Assembly (NCBI RefSeq): GCF_002105155.1
Contig: NW_019028989.1
Span: 186,001-250,000 of the forward strand
Length of the DNA: 64,000 nt
DNA from: Lobosporangium transversale
Lineage: Eukaryota
Reading direction: 5' to 3'
Shown piece by piece: positions 26,043 through 38,452 of this stretch (position 1 is its first letter; every line of letters begins with the position of its first letter). The position numbers and the translations under genes are program-made. Under the pieces are notes generated by a model. That model did not search any database. It saw only the letters and a list, made by a program, of their open reading frames with translations, and was not told where the DNA came from.

Positions 26043-28876
26043 TTAACGTGGTGCCAAAGGAGGTAAAGTAGGCAAGCCTTCGTGTAAAGAAACTTGTGAA
26101 TGAGTATGAGCACCATGACTATGGTGAGGATGAGCATGAGAATGAGAATGAGACGTCTGGTTATAGTTATGGCCATGGCTATGGCTATGGCTATGGTTAT
26201 GGCTGTGGCTGTGGCTGTGGCTGTGGCTGTGGCTTGGATGCGGGTATTGCTTTCCATACAAGTCATGGCCAACTACGGGAGCTGGGAGAGTCATTGGAGT
26301 AGGTGGGGGTAAAGAAGTCCCCTGAAATGGGCCGTGATGGGGCGATGTCATGGGACTCGACGGGTTCGTGACAGTACCAATCGATGGAAGTACGATTCCA
26401 GACCCCTGTGGATGGTGGTGAGGAGGATACTGTGCATGCTGATGCTGCTGAGAAGCATACTGTTGTTGAGGATGGCTATGTCCAGCAGGAGCAGGATAGG
26501 GCGAGGTATAGGGAGAAGTCGTCGCAGAAGGTGTTCCAGAAGAGGGTGCCGAAGAGATGGATGAGTGCGTCGAATGCGCAGAATGCTTCCGGCTCTTGTC
26601 GGATCCAGCCCCAGTGGTAGCGACCATTGGCAGCGCAGGCAACTGCGAGCTATAGTTGCCAGCATGGCCGCTACCACCACTACCGGTTTTTTGATCGCGA
26701 GCAGCCAAAGTTTCTGATGGCAAAAGCGATCGGTTGCCGCTACTACCAAAAGACGAACTTGATGCTCCTGTCCCAGAGACTGATACCGTTGCCGCTGCTG
26801 CTGCCGCGGCGGCGGCGGCGGCAGCGGCAGCAGCAGCAGCAGCAGCAGAAACTGCGGCTGAATGATGATGACTAGCAGGCACTGTAGGAAGAGCACTTGC
26901 TAAAGCATTGGAGTTGACAGATGTCTGTGGGTGAGGAGCCATGGGCGCTAGAGGTGGCGAAGAACAGGGACTGGACATTGGTGATGGCCCGACATGAATG
27001 TCATTGAAAGACTTTATGCCAGTGAAAGGATGTGGCAGGAGTCTAGGACGAGGACTCGACGAAGGCGAGACTTTTGATGCCTGACTCTTGGGCAAGATAG
27101 GATGAAGATGTCCGCTTGTCGACACTGGTCTCTTGGTCGCAGCACTGCTTGATGATGAATGCTGTTCAGGAGGGCTGTTGGAGACAGAGCCAGGAACAGA
27201 CGATAACGTGACATTTGAGCCAAATTGTGTGTGTGACTGCGTAGATGAACCCATTGGAGCCAAGCTTGGAATGGTTCCTTGACCAGGTCCTGGGATGATG
27301 GGTGGGGTGCTTATTCCGCTAGCAGATGTGGCGCTTCCACGTGCAGCCGGCTGTGGATGCTGCGGATTGGTGTGAGAAGGACCAGAATGTGGGCCATTTG
27401 GGCCATTACGACGCATCTGCGAACCCTGGTAGAAGAAACGCAGGGCAGCATTCTCTGATCTCAGTGAATGATTCTCAGTATGAAGTGCCTGAATTAACAC
27501 CATAAACGTTTTTAATATTAATTAATATTAATAAAAAAAAATAAATAAATAAAAAAAAAAAGGTGTCAGCTGGGGGAGAGTTTCTTGGGCGGTGTGACAA
27601 GGATGAAAAATGTGTGACAAGTCAAGATACATACCCGAAGATGCTCCAATGCTAATCGAAGGATTGTACCCTTGTTAAGCTTGGCAGTCGAAGAGCAATT
27701 GGGCAAGATCTCGGCGATTTGTAAGATAGTCGAGTTGAGTGTATCACGTCGACGACGTTCAACATGGTTATGGTTTTCTCGTCGACGGCGAATCATTTCG
27801 AGGGCGGTACGACTATCGAGACTATTCCTGTTGAGGATGTTGAGGCCGTTAATCTTGTATGCAGACTGACGCGTCTTGCCTGTGGATGTCGTTGCTGTAC
27901 CAGAGCTAGAGGTGTTGACCGATGTCGAGGATTTGCTGCTAGGCGAGCTGTCCTTGGAGACATTCATGTCAGAGGACTGGGCACCGGAACGAGTGAGACA
28001 GATGGGTTGAGGACTCGTGGGTCTTGAGGGTAGTAGAGGTCTAAGGGTAGGCCGTGGTTTAATATTAACTAGCGGGGCTTGCACAGCTGTCGCTGTTTTG
28101 TTGTTGGATGAAGATGGAGAGGAAGAGGAGGATGGTGAGGATTGGACTTGCGAATGAGACGTGTGCTGTTGATGCTGATAATGCTGTTGAGACGCTTGGG
28201 CTTGTTGAGGTTGTGACGAAAGGTAGTGTGGTTGATATCCCAGAGTTGAAATGTGTGAATGGCGAGAAGTGGAAGGAAGAGAGCAAGAAGAAGAAGATGC
28301 AGAAGAGGAAGGTGGATCTATCATGTCCTGATCAGGATTGTCCTCCTTTATTGTCACGCCTTCCATGTTGACGTCCTCGCTCTCACTATTACAGGCGCTG
28401 TTGTACGCGGTATTGTAGGCAGAATGATAGGTACTCTGATAGCCAGGATGGTCGTCATCATCGTCATCCTCGATTTCGTCATCTTCATCCTCATCATCGT
28501 CATCGAGCATCCGTCTATGGCTTCTGTAGTGCTGATGGTCATAAGGAGAGGGTTGGTAATGGCTAGAGTCCATACTGGAGTCCTTTGACTCTGGTTTGAC
28601 AGAGATGTGAAAACCTCGAGGAAGCAGAGGCTGATGTTGAGACTGGTGTTGCTGGTGATATGCCGGGTCATTTGAGGACTGTTGATAAGAATGCGATTGA
28701 TCGTATGGAGAATTGTGCAACGACTGTTGCTTCGGTTGGCTATCATATGGGCGTTGCTCGCTCAAGGCCATGGTTACAGACATTTTCAAATTAGATGTTG
28801 TTGAGGACTTTGGATTGGGTAAGGTTGACGCCAGGTCTGATGAAGTAGAGTGATATACTACTGTTGAGCTTGGCAT
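26043..28876 (-). CDS. bHLH transcription factor (E-box binding class B) with poly-Ala and His-Ser repeat tail
   Basis: Exons 28876-27635 and 27488-26043. Basic region RRRRENHNHVERRRRD has the H-E-R pattern; helix 2 KLNKGTILRLALEHLR|ALHTEN. Confidence 0.92.
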
Positions 28877-29406
28877 TCAAGTAAAATAGGGGTAATCTTC
28901 ACGCCAAGGAAGTCCAGGCAGTAAGACAATGGGTAAAGCAAACTCAATTGGCAGACAACACGATACCAAAAAAAAAAAAAAAAAGAGAAGCACAAGGGGG
29001 TATAAAAAAAAATAAAAAAAAAGGATAGATGAGGAGATTATATTAAACTGGAGTTTTTTTTTGTATTTGGATAATCAGATGCAAAGCAAGAGAAAATGCA
29101 AATGATATCCGAGAAGGGAAAAGAAGTCCACTTGTTTGCTTAGTTGATTATTTTTTAGCTGGGTGGATTTGCTTCCCTTTTGAGGAATTGATTGGGAACA
29201 CAAGGTCGACGCAGGCAAACAAAACAAAGTTGTATTTGAAGTATGGCAGCAAAGTAGACAAGAAGAGGGGGAGAATTTCTTTTTTCCTTTGTTTGCGCGT
29301 GGAATGCAGAACTGTAGAAGCAATGTACTGTGGCTATGATATCAATCACCACTTTTTTCTTTTTCTTTTTCTTTTTTTTTTTTTTTTTTTTTTTTTGTTT
29401 GTTGTT

Positions 29407-29438
<32 letters not shown>

Positions 29439-32400
29439 GATGCAAAAGAACAAGAATATACACAAGCACAGGAGGAGATTGAGTAGTTTTAGAGCAATGA
29501 GAACAGGGTTAAACAGGTGTTTACTGATAAAATGAATGTGGGGGAAGGAAAGAAGTGTGGGAGAGGGTGAACAAATGTTACAAGTATAAAATGAACTGAG
29601 GTCGAATGAAATGAAATGAAACGAAACGAAACGAAATGAAATGAAATAAGATTGGGAATGAGAGAAAGAAGAGGAAGAAAAAGAAGAAGAAGAAGAAGAA
29701 AGGGAGGCAAGTCTAGCAGAGAGAAAATATGTGAAAAATAAACAAATAAGAACGACAACGGCAACGGCAATGGCAACGACGACGAATGGGCAATAAAATA
29801 ATCTTTATTCTAATGTATTCAATATTGACTCTGCTTCGTAATATTTTAATTGAATAGATTCAATGCTGGAATAAAAAATAGAGAAAAAAAAAAAAAAAAA
29901 AAAAAAAAGAACGCACAAGCAACTTTTTCTTTCCCCGACACATCTGTAATGTCTCTCCCTCCACTACCCACACTGCATGCAATACTCTTGGGTAATAAAA
30001 TAGAATGCCACGCTCTGTCTTCTGTTATGTATTCACTCTGCTGAAAAATCTTCTCACTAATAATAAAACCAAATCAAAAAAAAAACGTGCCTTGCCTTGG
30101 CTGCCGTTGAAAAGGCTAGAAAAGGGGAAAAAAAAAAAAAAAAAAAAAAAAATCTCAAGGGGCTTGATTGATAGAGTTGAATCAAATCTACACCCAGACT
30201 GTCTGATTGAATACAATAAATATAATATTTATACACATATAATATATCTTATTACAACATCTTTTTAAAAAAGAAAATTATGACATGATATGATGCGACT
30301 GGTACAAACACCTGGTGTGCCTCAGATTTCACAATGGTCTATCCAGTCTCAAACAAGCAAATCAAGGGTTGTAGTAGGATCCAAAATATAAAAAAAAAGA
30401 ACCATTCTCACACGTCCAGATACACTAACACATTGTCTCTGTCAGTCACTTCATCTGATAAATGAGTGAGTGAGTGTGCGTTTTTCCTGAACAACTTGAC
30501 CCGGTTGGCTGAATCTTAAGCCCATGGTCCAAGTGGCTCTGTACCACGACAGCAATTGTTCGCTCCTCATTGGCTGGGACAGAGGAAGTTGAAGTGACCT
30601 GGGCCTTTAACTTACTGAGCCGGCTACCAATTCCGCGCTCTCTTTCTCTCTTTTATATATATATAAAAATATATAATTTTATTGTTCCTCTTGCTGTGTC
30701 TTTTTATTTTCCGTCATAGACTATCTATCCTTAATGTCTGATCTCTCATATGCAGCAATGAATCCCAAAACAAAACCTTCTATGGGCGCGTCATGTCCAA
30801 GGTATGCTTGCGAATGACTGTAATTGTAGATGATAATCAACGTTTGCGAGTAAGCAAATAAGCATGTGCTTTTAGAAACCAAGCACAGTTATCTCCGTAA
30901 TAGATAAATTAAAGAAAATGGCAATTAGACACTTATTCCCTTAATAAGACCCCTCTCCCACGATTTGTCTTTCAGATGCCGCTATGCAATCACGTCGAAT
31001 CGGATAATGCGTTTTTACCCTAGTCGGCGTAAAGAAGATTGGAATATAGATCCCCGACCTCAGAGTTCATGTTGAATGGTCAAAAAAAGATTTAAGGAGA
31101 GATGGAGGGTCAAAGACTAGTTGAATATCTCAACCGAAGTCCCTTGCTGCCCCATGCAATAAAAGGAGCCGTAAATATGCGTACTACAGCGAGGTAATGA
31201 ACGATCCAAGGGTACTTGTGTAGTTTTTAGTATATATTTATTCTCACGATGGTGAGACTTCTTCTCTTCTTCGTCTCCTTCTCCTTCTTCTCAACGTTCC
31301 TATTGTGCAGCGTCTGCATGATTACTTTTTTCTTTTCTTTTCTTTTCTTTTCTTTTCTTTTCTTTTCTTTTTTTATTTCTCTTTACAAAAGAAGGTTGCC
31401 GAACAGACCAGAAGGCAGCGTTACACCATTTTTTTATACATGTAAAGAAAATAAAAAGCACGCAAGGCAGGACATAAAATGAGAAAGTAAAAAAAAAAAA
31501 TAATGCATGGAAGAAAGAGGAAAAAGAAATAAAATAGAATAAAATAAAATAAATAAATGATCGCATTAGTTGAAGAGCACCGTGCGAAAGTGATCTGCAT
31601 GGTCTTTCTCTTGAAAAGGTTGATTAGATAACGATTCTAGATCAAGAGTGACCAAACAAACATTAACGTCCTGAGAACTCTTTCTTCACGCCAAGTCTCT
31701 TTTTTATTTTATTTTTTATTTTTTTTATGTTTCTTATTAGTTGAATTCTTTGCACTTGAAATGGTTGCATCCTGCTTATAAACCTTCATGCTCCTATTCT
31801 TCCACTAGATGTATATATATGTATATTTATATATTTGATCATCTCATTTTACCACGGCTCTTCTTTTTCAGCATATAAATTTATATATTTGTATGATGGC
31901 TAAAACTGCGAGCGCTTTTCTAATAGTGGAATATAATGATACATGGGGGTGAGGAGCATAACAAGTCGGCGATATAAATAAAGACTTTTTTCTTTTCATG
32001 TATTGGCTAATATTGATCTGGAAACGATTTTCTTTTTCTTTTTATGAACACCGCCTCGTCAAAGACCGCGAGACAATCAGGACATGTTTCCTCAATGCTG
32101 TCGTCTCAACCGTGCTGACTTTTTGTTGTTCACCTCCAGCGCATGATCCGTCGTCCCAGCAGGCAGTTGAACACAGAGTTTTTTTTTTTTTTTTTTTTTT
32201 TCTTCCCACGAAGAGCAAATAGAAAAAAGATATTTATATATATATATTATATAAATGTATTCAAGTATATTGATTCAAAAAGAGAAAAAAGCCGTTTTAT
32301 TTGTTTTTACATTGAAAAATAGATGAGGGACTGTCGTCATTCTCCAAAGTAAACTCTCATTCAAACAGAGTTTTGGGCAATCCAATCTGTGCTCTCTTTA

Positions 32401-32745
32401 CTTTCCCACCCTCCCCATCGTGGAAAAAATAAATGATCCCCAAGAAGTCAGTTGGTTCATTAATCAAACTGTTGTCGTGATCATTAAGTTAATCGATCGA
32501 CTGGAGCAGAGAGAATCTCTTCGTATACGCGCGCAATTGAGAGGACAAAGCACGCTATTAACAACATCAACAGTGACAATAAAGAAACCATTTCATCTCT
32601 TTATTGCGCATTTATATTTGTAAAACGGCTAGAGCCTCAATTTTTTTTTTTTTCCCGCTCTTCAGAACATGGTATATACTGAAATATATATTTATACATA
32701 CAACATTACTATTTTTCGATATCCGCATCATTGGGGGTACTTACC

Positions 32746-32776
<31 letters not shown>

Positions 32777-33744
32777 TAAGCAAGTGCCTGAGCAGATTGT
32801 GAGTTTGATGATGAGCCATGTAAAGAGATGTTGAATATCTACTCTACCCATCCCTTACATACACCTTTTGATAAACATTGTACAAATATATTACACATAA
32901 TGCAACGAAATGGTTGCATAATTGTCCATGTTTATGTGTTCTGTTTGCTTGGATATCGTTGCATCTTTGTTTTCTTGCTGTGAGCATCGCTCGTGCCACT
33001 CAACGTTTATTTGGCCACCTTTCCCCTGAAGAATTTTGCTTTAACCAAATTATAAATTACGAATGTGTCACAAGAAAGCAAGCTTTGTCTATCTATTTTG
33101 TTCCTCCCTTAACCACACTTTCTGGATACACTTTTTTTTTTTTTTTTTTTTTTATTTTTTTATTTTTTTTTTTTTTTCAATGCACATGCAAATAAATAAA
33201 AAGGGTCTCTGTGCTCTGGAGTCTAGGTTCCCTGCACTTGTTGACACTAAATGTGTAAACATTCTTATCTCTCATTTTGGTACAGTGCTACAGGTTTGGT
33301 TTATTGACTTTGCATGTACAGAAAGGACCAGTTCAGGCGCTTGAACACTCTTTTTTTTTTTTTTTTTTGCTATGTATGACCTAGACTGATTTTATTCAAG
33401 TTTGCGCACTATATCCTGTAACAGTTTGCCTTTCTCGAAGTGGAAGTCGCATTATGCTCGCATCAATCGCAAAGGAGCCCAATTTTCTTCGTACGTCCAT
33501 CATCTCGTTATTATTCTGTCTAGACAATTCAGTAACAGCTTCCTTTCGCTCTATTCATTTTCTTTCCTTCTCTTTAGCTCTCGCGACCTAAAATTGTCAT
33601 AGCAAAGATAATGAGAAGAGGCCTTCGAGGGGCTGTCCAAGGTGGTCATTGATATGGATCGTATCTTGGGCCTGCTCGAGCTGGGTACGTGCAGGTGCAG
33701 TATTGCCTTTGACATTGAATCCATTGCGGACTCTCTCTGCAAGG

Positions 33745-33930
33745 AGCCCTTTGTTTTTTCATGATCAGGACATGTGCAAGATAGAAGAACGGCGTTGTCT
33801 ATATCTACAGTGACGGAGTACTCTTTCCATGGCGTAAAAAATGATTTGACCATCAAAGCAAGCGTTGTTGCGGCATGGGGTTTCACGAAGTGCGACTCTG
33901 TATCTGGATGGGTCATACCGAATTGAAGAA
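33745..33930 (-). mobile_element. SWIM zinc-finger fragment, probably from a MULE/Mutator-type transposase
   Basis: VKSFFTPWKEYSVTVDIDNAVLLSCTCPDHEK matches the SWIM 'Y.V....C.C' half. The C.H half is missing. Confidence 0.55.
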
Positions 33931-34069
33931 CCACTAACAAGGGCTCACAAACACTTTGCGAAAAGGTACAACAACCCTTTCTCACACTGATAGATATTAA
34001 TATGTATATATCTAAGAAACAAAATATAGCTGACATGACATTTCTCTCCTTGATATTGTAGACCCAACC

Positions 34070-35540
34070 CCCAAAAGACAAAGGTGTTTTACCTGCTGAT
34101 GCACCAAGTTGCATTGACTGTAAAATCCCGGCCATTGAAAGAAAGCCTCATCCGTATGGGGAAAACTCTGGGGAATTCACGAAGGTTAGCTCCACTACCA
34201 TCGTTTGAGGATCCCTCCATATGATTGTCCGAGCTCGACCTAATCCTTATTCTCTGGAAAACAGCGCGTCCAAAGCTGAGCTGACTGTCTGAAGAAGAGC
34301 CTAGGTTCTTTATCAGCAAGATAGTTACCGACACTGGAGGCTTTAACGCAGAGCAATACCCAAGGCCCAAAGCATTCAAAGCCAAGACTTTTACGATGTC
34401 TCTATCAGAAATGAGAGACCATTTTTCGAGCCATTCAGGATGATAGCTTTGAACCAAGTGCATACACGAAGAATGGCTATGCCTTGTGAGGATCGATTCG
34501 AACCGATGCCCTCCTTCTTCAATTGCTGGCATTTAAGATGAGCGAGCCCAATGCAGTGAAGTATCAACGATTACCTGAGAACAAACTATCCCCTCGAATC
34601 ACCTCTTCAGTTGGAATCAGGAACATAATCAAGACCAGTGATGATGTTCACCGGCTTTGGGGATGTCAACTAGAAACTATCAAGCTTTTGGGCCTCGACC
34701 TCGGACAAGTATCTGTGGTTGGTGCCAGTGCTTTGTTGCCAAGTCATGGAAGCTTCATTGGTATAGCCGTACGACCCAAGTTCTACAATCTGGCTATCAA
34801 GCAAAAGACGGTGTATCAACCCACATTTAATCATCGAAACTGAAGGGAAAGGAGAGAAGCACCAGTCATTGATGGTTCTACAAAAACCATCAGTCATACT
34901 GAGAGCAGTCTACTACCTCTCTGTGGCAATGCTGCAAGCATCAAAGAGTACATCGACAAGCTTGTAGGAGCGGAGACACACCTCAGTTCCTTCTATAAGG
35001 GAAGAGCCATCAAAAGGCATCGGTGGAACGCGAAGAGGGCCCGAGATGAAGAATACGTTCAGATCGCCAATCGTTTGCTCAACATGGTGGGTGGATCAGT
35101 TGGGGTGAAAAGAAAAGAGAGCGACAAGGTTGTGATTGCTGTAGGTCTGGGGAAGTTTCCTTCCAATGCCAGGCTTTCTTCCTATACATGAGTCGTTCCA
35201 ATTTTACTTCATTCAAACAGTAAGTTTATTTTATTTTATTTTTTATTTTCTTAACGATAATAATACATCCACACTTCTAGGCCAGATCCTCTTGGATACA
35301 TTGTTGTCGGTGTGAACGAATATTATACTTTTAAGAAGTACCCAAGCTGCGAAGGATTTGTAGGGCAAGTTGACATCCATCTACTCTATTGTTCCAAGCG
35401 CAAGACATTTATGCACAGAGCTGTGATGGCTGGCCACAACATAGCCAACGTCGTCCGCGGTCATCTAATTCACCAACAGCAACCCCTCTACCTTCAGCCG
35501 ATAGACAAGAAAGAATTGAGCACATCCATGGATGAAAGAC
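34070..35540 (+). pseudogene. Decayed Fanzor/TnpB-like RNA-guided RuvC nuclease with a spliceosomal intron
   Basis: Reading across stops and frameshifts gives GSIRTDA (WED-like TDG), LLGLDLG (RuvC-I Asp 34697), VVIAVGLGKF (RuvC-II Gly 35144), VVGVNEYYT (Glu 35318), degenerate Zn-finger KYPSC..LYCSKR and MHRAVMAGHNI (RuvC-III position 35420). GTAAGT..CTTAAC..CTAG intron at 35220-35280. Confidence 0.8.
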
Positions 35541-35952
35541 AGTTGTTCAGTACGCGCCAAACGTCAAGCACCATTCGAGGCTGAAGAGGGATCAAGAAAT
35601 TGCAAAAAAACCCACTGATAGTTCTTAGATTAATGTAGTCTAGAAAATATGTATGTTCGCGAACACAGCCACGTCTGAGACGTTTGTGTGCTGTACCATC
35701 AACACATTCACACATACACATACACGCATTCTCTGGCTTGTTAATTGGCTGTACTTCTACCGTGGCTGTGAGGGTGGGGTAAACAGCCCTCAACTATTCA
35801 TCCATCTCATCCATACGGGTGCGGACTTTCGGCCACTGTCCAGAAGTCCTCTGATTCTGGAAATACTCACTGTCGCTCATCTGATGCCTTACAGGTGCAG
35901 GAAGAGAAAGAAGTCATTTATCTTTATTACTTTTATTCTGTGCTGAATTGCC

Positions 35953-35984
<32 letters not shown>

Positions 35985-36167
35985 CAAAAGACTAACTGAA
36001 TATTTTTATTGTCCTTGTCATCTGGCTGGCTCCGATTTTTGAATAATTCTCGGCGGCCAAATTCAGCCACTGATTCAATACTCAAATTCCATTCAATGTG
36101 GTGCTTTTTCAGGGACCAATTCAATCAATATATTTTTACAATATGTTCATGACCAAATGACGAAGGG

Positions 36168-36198
<31 letters not shown>

Positions 36199-36584
36199 GG
36201 AAACAAGTATAAAATTACATACTGTATTTTTACGTTTGTTAGCTGGAATGGTGCATAGATCGATATACGAATCAAGTTGAAATAGGTTAAAGAACGGAAG
36301 CATTCCCGAGCGGTTTGTTATTCTATTCTGTCTTTTCCCTAGTCCCGCGAAGCATTCTTTCTTTCTTTCTTTCTTTCTTTTTTTCTTTCTATCAATTATA
36401 TATACATTTGTATCTGCAATAGCAATTAAACTGTTCAGGTGATTTATTTAGCTTCAATTCCTTTTGTGAATCCCGACCATAGTGTATCCCTTGCCCTTGA
36501 TGTAACAAGAAACGGTATTTCACTCGTTCCTGTCCAGCACATGATTTGTGTGTCGGCTGCAATTTCGCCGATTGGCTGCAAATC

Positions 36585-36615
<31 letters not shown>

Positions 36616-36672
36616 GACCAACAAAGGTTAAAATAAAAAATAAAACAAGCAACTTTTGTCACAAACCTTGCG

Positions 36673-36708
<36 letters not shown>

Positions 36709-36836
36709 CGATGCTATATTGATGATAATGCATTCATTCATGTCTATATCTATGTTTATGTCCATATCCATGGCCAAGTCTATATTAGTTATATCTATAT
36801 CTATTGTCTATATGAATATCCGTATCCGAAGGAATC

Positions 36837-37252
36837 TTAAAGCCCCAAAGAATTCTTTACGTATTTGGCAACCATGATGGCTGGGTTCTTAGGTGAGATA
36901 TAAAGTGCTGTGCATTCAACCAAAGTGTTGCCATGCAGATCATGAATGCTTGCATTCGTATACGCCTTTCGACCCTCTGTCTTTTCAAATTCAGCTGTAA
37001 CCATCACAAACTGATCTGCCTTGACAGGTTTGCGATAATTGATGTTCAAATTAGCTGTGAAGGCAATGTGTAAAGGAAGATTTGGTAGTGCCTAATTTTT
37101 TTTTTAAAAGAGAGGGGACGGTGAAGCAGCCGATTAGTTGTTGAAATTTTTTTTTTTTTTTTTTGATATTTTTCTCTTTTGATGTTATACTCAGATGAAC
37201 TTACCACCATACCGGTTGCCTCATCTACAAAGAGTAAAAAAAAAACATTGTT

Positions 37253-37287
<35 letters not shown>

Positions 37288-38100
37288 CACAAAGTAACGT
37301 TCTGATCAGCCGATGGTGATCGATCGGCAAACGACTGTATGAAGCACATTACCGAGAAGTGTGGCCAAAAGTCCGCCGTGGATTATCTGGTCGTGTCCAC
37401 AAAGACTGCGCCCTAGATGCATGAAGAGTACAATGGCCTTCTTATCCTTTCTCTCGAATTTTAGAGGATGAACACTCAACATGTTCTCTCCACGAAGAGT
37501 CCCAGCTGTCAGATGGTGAGGCTTTGTTGCTTTGGTCAAATACCAATACGGCTCTGCCTCCTTCCATTCACCCAATTTAGCCTTTGATTTATATTCCTTC
37601 ACAAGGTCCAACTCCTCCATTTGTTGTTCCAACAAAACGGATTTCTTGATCTCCTTTGCCTTTTCAGGACTAGGCTTGCCATTCGAAGGGTAGGCTTCGT
37701 CCGGCTCCTCTGTACCCAAGATCGTAGGCTGGATCTTGCCGATAGGCAAGCTACTGAATCCACCCACACTGTTGGGTTCATATTTGGCATAAGCAAGAGC
37801 GCCTGCAGCTGCCGAGACTGAAATAAGCGATAGCCGGCGAAACCATGCTGACAGGCCTCCCCCTGCCTGATGTGCTCTGGACTTTGGAGTATCAGCTGAT
37901 GGAGAAGACTGGGCTGGTGATGGTGATGACGGTGATGTCGGAGCAGTGCTGGTACTACTAGTCGAGTATAAACCGTATCTGTTTTTGGCCCAGCTTTGTG
38001 GATGCGGGCTGATCCATTCCCGGCTCAATCTGCCGGGGTGTGTTCGCAAGGATTGTGAGAGAACCCTTTGAAGGGCCCCAGTACGTGGTTGAAACATCAT
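36837..38100 (-). CDS. HotDog-fold acyl-CoA thioesterase (PaaI/THEM4/Fmp10-like), probably mitochondrial
   Basis: Exons 38100-37353, 37224-37205 (20-nt micro-exon) and 37091-36837 give LCGHDQIIHGGLLATLLDEATG...FTANLNINYRKPV. Arg/Ser-rich presequence-like N-terminus. Confidence 0.9.
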
Positions 38101-38452
38101 TTGTTATGTTGTTGGCTAGTCCAAATGGTTTCCTTTGTTCAGTTGAACTGAAATAGTGACAATTATTGATTGAAAGGAAAATGAGAAGAATAGGAATGAG
38201 AAGGAAAAAGAAGGTAAAGAAGGTAAAGAAGGTAAAAAGGTAAAGGTGATCACAGTTAAAAATTTCGGATGCAGCACCCCAGTTTCCGATTGCCTGCAAT
38301 ATGACAGCATGGTAAACAATTGGGTAGGAAGCCACCCTCCGAGCCCTTTCTTGAAGAGTCATGAATATTGTGGGAAAGTGAAGTTGTTTCCTTCTCCTTC
38401 CCGCTTTGGAAACAGAGTCGATTCATTCCTACCCTTCATTCACCGTCAAATC

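Noticed and set aside
34222..34843. In-frame TGA codons in the Fanzor-like ORF as selenocysteine or readthrough
   Set aside because: They co-occur with frameshifts and lost catalytic and Zn residues, so simple decay explains them.
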